Assembly (NCBI GenBank): GCA_963675945.1
Contig: OY780932.1
Span: 1,640,503 to 1,704,502, forward strand
Length of the DNA: 64,000 nucleotides
Source of the DNA: Planctomycetota bacterium
GTDB taxonomy: Bacteria > Planctomycetota > SZUA-567
Reading direction: 5' to 3'
Of this stretch, positions 57,863 to 64,000 are shown one piece after another. The position numbers and the translations under genes are program-made. Every line of letters starts with the position of its first letter. Within the stretch, counting starts at the first letter, position 1. The notes under the pieces were generated by a model that was not told the DNA's origin, made no database searches, and saw only the letters and a list, made by a program, of their open reading frames with translations.

Positions 57863-57892
57863 GGTTCATGACAAGATAACTTTGCTTAATCT

Positions 57893-58106
57893 CCTATAAA
57901 GGGTTCTTACGAATTATCTTCAAAACCAGTTTATACAAATCATCATCTCGATGATTAAAACGAAATTCGCACTCTTTTAAGTGCAAGTAAAAAGTCTTTT
58001 TGCTAATACCACGATACTTACTTAATCTGGTTTTAGCTATAGACCAAAAGTTTTCAATACCATTAATATGATTTTTGCCTTTTGCAAATTCACTATTAGA
58101 GTGGTT
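57893..58106 (-). pseudogene. IS1595-family transposase, C-terminal fragment only (about 70 aa)
   Basis: Minus-strand translation gives NSEFAKGKNHINGIENFWSIAKTRLSKYRGISKKTFYLHLKECEFRFNHRDDDLYKLVLKI, which matches the conserved IS1595 transposase C-terminus. There is no N-terminal part and a stop immediately upstream. Confidence 0.65.
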
Positions 58107-58111
58107 TTAAA

Positions 58112-58138
58112 CGTAGCGTTTAGCTACTAAACGCTTGG
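58112..58138. promoter_or_regulatory. palindrome aaacgtagcgtttagctactaaacgct related to the MarR-promoter palindrome
   Basis: It shares the AGCGT(A/T)TAGCTACTA(T/A)ACNC core with 57364..57400 and lies between the IS fragment and the MATE gene. Confidence 0.4.
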
Positions 58139-58262
58139 AGGATTCAAATGGATGTAAATGAGAGCAAAATTAAAATCACAGTATGAGGGATGATTTCTTG
58201 AAAATATCATCAGCGCTTTTCAGAAATTAAGCTTACCTGCAATCACATGAGAATGTAATTAA

Positions 58263-59544
58263 ATTTTTTTAAACGTCATTAATGCCTTATATAATCTCGT
58301 TGATGCTTATTTTGTAGGTGGGTGGGCTAGGCACTAGTCAAATTGCAGCAGTATCAATCGTTTTTCCTCTGGTTCAAATTATTATTGGTATAGGCCTAAC
58401 CTTTGGAAGTGGCGCCGCCATGTCAATTTCTCGAAAACTTGGAGCAAAAGAATATACTAAAGCAAGTGTAACAGCTTCAACTGCAATTTTTTACAGTATA
58501 GTTAGTGGAGTTATTATTACGGCGATTTCGCTACTGTTTATAGATAAAATTTTAGTCTCTCTTGGAGCATCAGAAACAATTTTACCATACGCCCGTAGTT
58601 ATGGTATGATATATCTTGCTGGATGCATACTGCATATCTTCTGTATTGCTATGAATAATATAGTCCTTTCAGAAGGAGCTGCTAAGATGACAATGTTTGC
58701 TATGATTTTAGGTGGTGGATTAAATACAATACTTGATCCAATATTAATTTATACATTTGATTTAGGGATTTCGGGGGCGGGTATCGCCACAGTCTTATCT
58801 CAAGGCATAACATTTTTAGTATTTCTCTGGTATATTATAGCTAAAAAGGGCATATTAAAAATAAATTGGAGATTATTTAACTTTGAACGAAGTACAATAA
58901 TAGAGATATTAAAGTTTGGAATACCCGTATTACTATTACAAGTTTTTTCAGGTATGGCTATGGGATTAACAAATACGGCAGCGAGTTCTTATGGTGATTC
59001 CGCTGTCGCCGCTATGGGAATTGTCGCTAGAGTTATTGCTTTGGCTTGCTATATTGTATTTGGTTATGTAAAAGGGTTTCAACCAATAGCTGGGTATAAC
59101 TATGGAGCGAAAAACTATAAAAGACTGAATCAGGCTATTTCTATTTCGTTAAAATGGACTTTCATATACTGCGTGCTTGTAACAGTAGTATTTATTACTT
59201 TTCCTGCAAACATCATGCATCTATTCAGTAAGAGCGACCAAAGGTTGATATCACTTGGTATTCAAACACTTCAAGCGAATGCATATGTATTTATATTCTT
59301 TGGAGCTATTATGGTATATTCAACATTATTCCTTGCTCTTGGTAATGCTAAGGAAGGGAGTATTTTAAGCTTCGCCCGTCAAGGTATTTTCTTTATACCG
59401 GCAATATTTTTACTACCATATTTCTTCGGATTAAATGGAGTTATTTATGCACAGCCTTTTGCTGATTTATTAGCTTTTTTCCTAACATTGTGCTATGCTT
59501 TACCACTTCATAAGAAGCTTAAATTAGCATATGGAAAAATATAA
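58263..59544 (+). pseudogene. MATE-family efflux transporter, 5'-truncated and frameshifted
   Basis: Frame A (58263..58334) reads IFLNVINALYNLVDAYFVGGWARH*. The main ORF from 58318 continues GGLGTSQIAAV..., so the conserved LYNLVD.YFVG.LG motif is split by an extra GTGG/TGGG repeat at 58317..58326. About 20 N-terminal residues are missing, and stops in all frames lie upstream. Confidence 0.65.
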
Positions 59545-60306
59545 CTAAATAGTTGGATTTATTAATAGCAACGAAGAGCAGCGATGCCTGCTGTGCGGCA
59601 TCCGTCTCAGGCATTCCTCCTGCCCTAATCTACCCAATCGCTCGCACTACTACATTTTTCGCATCAAATGTCAGGTTTTATATCTGCCTGTATCGCGCCT
59701 TAAGGCTTTGAGTTTATCTGAGATACGCCTTGAACCATAGAAGAGATGCTTCAGATATATCTAATCAATTTCACGTTTCAGCAGATTATCTCCTTCATGA
59801 TTTTTTACTGAAGCATAATGATAAGCAGATCTAGATATACCGAGTAATTCACATTGTCTGCTGATTGAAATATTTACAGACAGATTATTGATCAGTGCCT
59901 TGCGTTCAGAGAATCCCAAGCTCATCAGATTTTTTTTAAGCTAGTCTACCTCAATTTTTAGGCGACCGATTTCTTCGAATAACTTTGCTTCGTAATGTTC
60001 TTGCTGCTGCTTCATTTTCTTTCTCTTGCCGAAGAAAATATCTGGCAGATTATTCAAAAGCTCCTTCTTCCATTGCCGCACCTGATTTGGTTGGACATCG
60101 TATTTAGATGATATTTCAGATAATGGCTTGTCATCTTTTGTCGCTTCAAGTGCTACTTTTGCATTAAACTTTGCTGTGTACTGCTTAACCGGCTTCACAA
60201 GTAAGGTGTAGATATTTCTGCTCCATAGGCTCTCCTTGAGTAGATGAAATAGTGTGTTTCTGGCTAAATATATATCGACCACCTTATTATTTCTTCTTTT
60301 ACTCAA
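59545..60306 (-). mobile_element. IS3-family insertion sequence remnant (orfA-like HTH gene 59941..60306 plus frameshifted/truncated orfB 5' part 59761..59925 and below)
   Basis: orfA contains KQYTAKFNAKVALEA...LSEISSKYDVQPNQVRQWKK. The orfB fragments translate to MSLGFSERKALINNLSVNISISRQCELLGISRSAYHY and YGSRRISDKLKALRR. There is too little DNA for an integrase core. Confidence 0.6.
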
Positions 60307-60427
60307 GTGCTGTATTTGGAATTAGAATCGACCAAGTAATAATTTGACTAAAGGTTAATTTTGTAATATATTATCAGGGGTGTGGAACTGTGTTCGTCAT
60401 TGTAGAATAATCATCAGGAGATAAAAA

Positions 60428-61432
60428 ATGTTGGAAAAATTAGTATTTGCGGTTATGGCTGTTGCTATAGGTTTACTGGGAATAAATAACTTGAGTGCGG
60501 GCGAGCCAGTAACTCTGTCTTTCTCTTCGCAAAGTGTACCAAATGATGCACATACTCAGGCTATGTATAAATTTAAAGAAGAGGTAGAGAAAATTTCCAA
60601 TGGAGAGATCACGGTAGATGTCTATGACTCTGGGCAGTTGTTTACTCAGGATGGTGAGCAGACGGCAATTATGCGTGGTTCGGTAGATATGATTTACTCC
60701 AGTGCTCCATGGATTGCACAGCAAATACCCTATATCTCTATGTTGGGCGGTGTATATACCTTTGCCGGGTATGACCATATGAACAAGGTGATGACTGGAG
60801 ATATCGGTAAGAAGATATTTGAAGATGTTACAAAACAGATAGGAATCAGACCTCTTACTGCATTCTACCTCGGTACTCGTCAGTTGCTTCTTCGTGATAT
60901 CGGCAAGGAGGTAAGATCTCCAGAGGATATGAAAGGGGTAAAACTTCGCGTACCTAACTCTCCTACTTGGATTGCTCTGGGTAAGGCTCTGGGTGGTAAC
61001 CCGACTCCAATGAGTTTTGGTGAGGTATACCTTGCTCTTAAGACAGGCGTTGCTGATGGGCAGGACAATCCTATGCCGACCGATAAAAATGCTAAGTTTT
61101 ACGAAGTATCAAAATACCTGATCCTTACAAATCATGTTGTCGATACTGTCTGGCCTACAATTAATGAAGCAAAGTGGAATACCCTCACAGATCAGCAGAA
61201 AGAGTGGGTAATGACTGCTCTTGCAAAAGCAAAAGAGCTATGTGATTCCACCAATATCTCTGCTGAAGCAGGGCTTGTAGACTTCTTCAAGAATAACGGC
61301 ATCGTCGTTATTGAAGATCCAGACATTGAGGCATTCATGAGTTATGCAAAGAATTCATATCAGACTGAGAGTAAGGATATCTCTAAAGACTGGGACTGGA
61401 AACTTTATGAGCAAATTCAAGACGCTAAATAG
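60428..61432 (+). CDS. TRAP transporter substrate-binding protein (DctP/SiaP family)
   Basis: Signal peptide plus a DctP-family fold; 334 aa. Confidence 0.8.
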   Translation: MLEKLVFAVMAVAIGLLGINNLSAGEPVTLSFSSQSVPNDAHTQAMYKFKEEVEKISNGEITVDVYDSGQLFTQDGEQTAIMRGSVDMIYSSAPWIAQQIPYISMLGGVYTFAGYDHMNKVMTGDIGKKIFEDVTKQIGIRPLTAFYLGTRQLLLRDIGKEVRSPEDMKGVKLRVPNSPTWIALGKALGGNPTPMSFGEVYLALKTGVADGQDNPMPTDKNAKFYEVSKYLILTNHVVDTVWPTINEAKWNTLTDQQKEWVMTALAKAKELCDSTNISAEAGLVDFFKNNGIVVIEDPDIEAFMSYAKNSYQTESKDISKDWDWKLYEQIQDAK

Positions 61433-61575
61433 TCGTCTGTAGTTTTTTGCTGCAGATAATTTGATTATGCCACTCTGGAGTGCAGTGTAATACTGCGCTC
61501 ACTGAGTGGTATCTTTGTAAAAAGTGGTTTGAAGTCTGAAATAAAATAACCAGTATCTATAAGGTTTTACGCATA

Positions 61576-62058
61576 ATGAAAGTAATAAAAATAATAGCAA
61601 AATGTATAGCGGATTTATTTGAGCTATACTTGCCGTGTACTACTTTTTGCATAATGTTTTTAGCATTTATTACGCAAATTGTCAGCCGGTATATCTTTAA
61701 TCACCCAGTCTCATGGGCATTTGAAGTTACAACCTTTGGTTTTGTTTGGACTGTTCTCTTAAGCGCGCTATATGCAAAGAGAACGAGAAGCCATGTCAAG
61801 TTTTCAATTATATATGACTTATTCTCACCCAAGACTAAATTATGGGTCAGGCTCTGTGGAAATTCACTTATTGTCTTTTCATTTGTTGCTGCTGTATATC
61901 CAGCGTGGGAGTACATCATGTTTATGGGCTATAAGAAATCAACTATATTGAATATTCCATACAGCATACTGTATTTTCCATTTATTATCTTCCTTGTCGG
62001 GATGATACTCAGGTTTTCAATTGATATTATCAACGATCTCAAAACAATCAGAAAATAG
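61576..62058 (+). CDS. TRAP transporter small permease (DctQ family)
   Basis: 160 aa, 4 TM helices, gene order P-Q-M. Confidence 0.7.
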   Translation: MKVIKIIAKCIADLFELYLPCTTFCIMFLAFITQIVSRYIFNHPVSWAFEVTTFGFVWTVLLSALYAKRTRSHVKFSIIYDLFSPKTKLWVRLCGNSLIVFSFVAAVYPAWEYIMFMGYKKSTILNIPYSILYFPFIIFLVGMILRFSIDIINDLKTIRK

Positions 62059-62138
62059 TAATATAAATTGTCCGTGAGTAAGCTAGTCGCTAGCGACTGG
62101 TTTATGATTATGTTTATGAAAAGAAGCAAGGAACAAAA

Positions 62139-63434
62139 ATGAATTTTCCATTAATTATATTTTTTGTCAGCTTTGCTATGATATTTGCACTGCGCCTTCC
62201 GATTGCTATTGGAATGGTGACATCCAGTGTGCTCTATTTCATGGTCTCTAATGCTCCGGGGACAGGTATCGATATGGTCGCAGAGAAGATCATGACAAAC
62301 CTGGAAGCTAATTATATTATCATAGCAGTCCCGCTATTTATCTTTATGGCTCAAATTATGAACTCTGGAAAGATTACTGATATGATCTTTCAGTTTGCTA
62401 ATGCTGTAGTAGGGCACCGTAGAGGCGGGCTAGGGCATGTGAATGTTATCGCTTCAATCATCTTCTCGGGAATGACTGGCTCAGCGGTTGCTGATGCCTC
62501 AGGACTTGGGATGATGGAGATCAAAGCGATGAAGAAGAATGGCTATGATGATGGCTTTAGCTGTGCTATTACCGCGGCATCTGCTACTATAGGACCGATC
62601 TTCCCGCCAAGTATTCCCATGGTGTTTTACGCCATGCTCTCCGGCGCGTCCATTGGTAACCTCTTTCTGGCTGGGATGGTTCCAGGGTTACTTATTGGAG
62701 TTGCTCTTATGGTATATATAGCCTGGATTGCGGATAAAAGAGATTATCCGAGAGGTATAAAAGTCGCTTTTAGAGATCTTATCGCAATTACAATAAAAGC
62801 ATTTCCCGCACTCTTTTCGGTAGTTGTGCTCTTAGGAGGGATCTACTCTGGTATTGTTACTCCTACTGAAGCAGGAGCATTAGCTTCGGCGTATGCAATA
62901 CTTGTGGCGGTGCTCGTTTACAGAGTTATGGGTTGGAATTATCTAGGACTTGCTGTAAAGGAAACAGTTAGAACGACAGGTGTAGTGTCTATTATTGTAG
63001 GATGTACATATACATTCTCTTACATTATAGCTAGAGAGCATATCCCGCAGTATGTAGCAGCTCTTTTGCTGGACGTAACGACGAATAAGTATCTGCTCTT
63101 GTTATTAATAAATATTATATTCCTTGTTCTGGGAATGTTTATAGATACAGCAGTGATTACTGTTGTCTTTATCCCTATGGTACTTCCTCTAGTAAATATG
63201 CTTGGCATCGACTTGGTGCACTTTGGTGTAATTGTGGTAATCAATATGATGATAGGCCTATCTACGCCACCGTTCGGGATGCTGCTATTTATAGTATCAG
63301 GGATATCAGATACTTCACTAAGCAGAGTAATTAAAGAGGTTATGCCTATGATTATTGCGATGCTTGTAGTGCTGTTGCTGGTAACTTATATACCACAGAT
63401 TGTGTTGTTCTTGCCGAATCTACTAGGGTTTTAA
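62139..63434 (+). CDS. TRAP transporter large permease (DctM family)
   Basis: 431 aa; paralogue of 21704..22996. Confidence 0.85.
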   Translation: MNFPLIIFFVSFAMIFALRLPIAIGMVTSSVLYFMVSNAPGTGIDMVAEKIMTNLEANYIIIAVPLFIFMAQIMNSGKITDMIFQFANAVVGHRRGGLGHVNVIASIIFSGMTGSAVADASGLGMMEIKAMKKNGYDDGFSCAITAASATIGPIFPPSIPMVFYAMLSGASIGNLFLAGMVPGLLIGVALMVYIAWIADKRDYPRGIKVAFRDLIAITIKAFPALFSVVVLLGGIYSGIVTPTEAGALASAYAILVAVLVYRVMGWNYLGLAVKETVRTTGVVSIIVGCTYTFSYIIAREHIPQYVAALLLDVTTNKYLLLLLINIIFLVLGMFIDTAVITVVFIPMVLPLVNMLGIDLVHFGVIVVINMMIGLSTPPFGMLLFIVSGISDTSLSRVIKEVMPMIIAMLVVLLLVTYIPQIVLFLPNLLGF

Positions 63435-63471
63435 TTAATATTATGATTGTTTTATATGAAAGGTTGGATAG

Positions 63472-64000
63472 ATGGATATTGATAGAATTTCACCTGATGG
63501 TATGTGGGTGACAATGATTACGCCGTTTACTGATGAAGGTAAGGTTGACTACGAATCATTGAAGCGTCTGGTTGAATGGTATATTGAAGGTGGGCTTGAT
63601 GGTATCTTTGCAATTTGCCAATCAAGTGAGATCTTTTTCTTAACACCTGAAGAGAAAATAAAGATCCTGAAAGCAACTATAAAAGCAGCTGACGGGAGAA
63701 TACCTATTGTTGCCTCCGGGCATACTAGTGATAATGCTAAAAAGCAACTTGATGAACTCAAGGCAGTCGCTGATACCGGAGTAGAGGATATTGTGCTCAT
63801 AGTAAATAGATTTGCCAAGGTAGATGAGAATGATCATATCTGGAAGAATAACCTTGATAATCTTGTTGATAACCTTGATAGTTCGGTTGCTCTAGGTATG
63901 TATGAGTGCCCTTATCCCTATCACAGGTTCCTCAGTGAGGACAATATTAAGCATATCATTGCCAATGAAAGGTTTGTGTACTTCAAAGATACTTGTTGCT
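63472..64000 (+). CDS. DapA-family (dihydrodipicolinate synthase / N-acetylneuraminate lyase-like) aldolase, 5' part only; gene runs off window end
   Basis: MDIDRISPDGMWVTMITPFTDEGKVDYESLKRLVEWYIEGGLDGIFAICQSSE is the typical DapA/NanA N-terminus. RBS GAAAGG. The ORF is unterminated in the window. Confidence 0.7.
   Translation, partial: MDIDRISPDGMWVTMITPFTDEGKVDYESLKRLVEWYIEGGLDGIFAICQSSEIFFLTPEEKIKILKATIKAADGRIPIVASGHTSDNAKKQLDELKAVADTGVEDIVLIVNRFAKVDENDHIWKNNLDNLVDNLDSSVALGMYECPYPYHRFLSEDNIKHIIANERFVYFKDTCC

Overview
This is a 64 kb bacterial chromosomal segment of roughly 45-50% GC, with several much more AT-rich blocks. The gene content points to an anaerobic, carbohydrate-fermenting organism, but the taxon cannot be fixed from sequence alone. 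The backbone carries hslU, dapF, a sugar-acid utilisation locus (LacI, GH4, enolase-superfamily dehydratase, TRAP transporter), an NfeD/flotillin pair, a hybrid sensor kinase, a GGDEF protein, hcp, cobT, zupT and an AmiD-like amidase. Three tRNAs are present: Leu-TAA, Leu-CAG and Glu-CTC.

The most notable region is a ~10.2 kb insertion (8540..18714) next to tRNA-Leu(TAA). It is bounded by a 14-bp direct repeat and sits inside tandem ~123-bp att-like repeats that carry copies of the tRNA 3' end and of the 3' end of a convergent MFS transporter gene. The insertion is a Type I R-M operon (hsdM, hsdS, hsdR) interrupted by accessory cassettes: a HEPN/MNT toxin-antitoxin pair, a very AT-rich 385-aa multi-TM protein translationally coupled to hsdS, and a coupled small-protein + TIR-domain pair between hsdS and hsdR. 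The TIR pair and the TM protein together look like an uncharacterised, possibly Thoeris-like, defence module.

A second low-GC islet starts at tRNA-Glu. It holds a MarR regulator, an IS1595 transposase fragment, a 5'-truncated and frameshifted MATE pump, an IS3-family remnant, and a TRAP transporter with a DapA-family lyase.

Other oddities:
- a cytoplasmic SBP-like protein, HypB/UreG-like GTPase and atypical ABC ATPase trio with no permease;
- an orphan CbiM-PDGLE protein;
- a DksA/TraR zinc-finger protein with a histone-H1-like lysine tail;
- a metallophosphatase-like lipoprotein with degenerate active-site motifs;
- several palindromic operator candidates.
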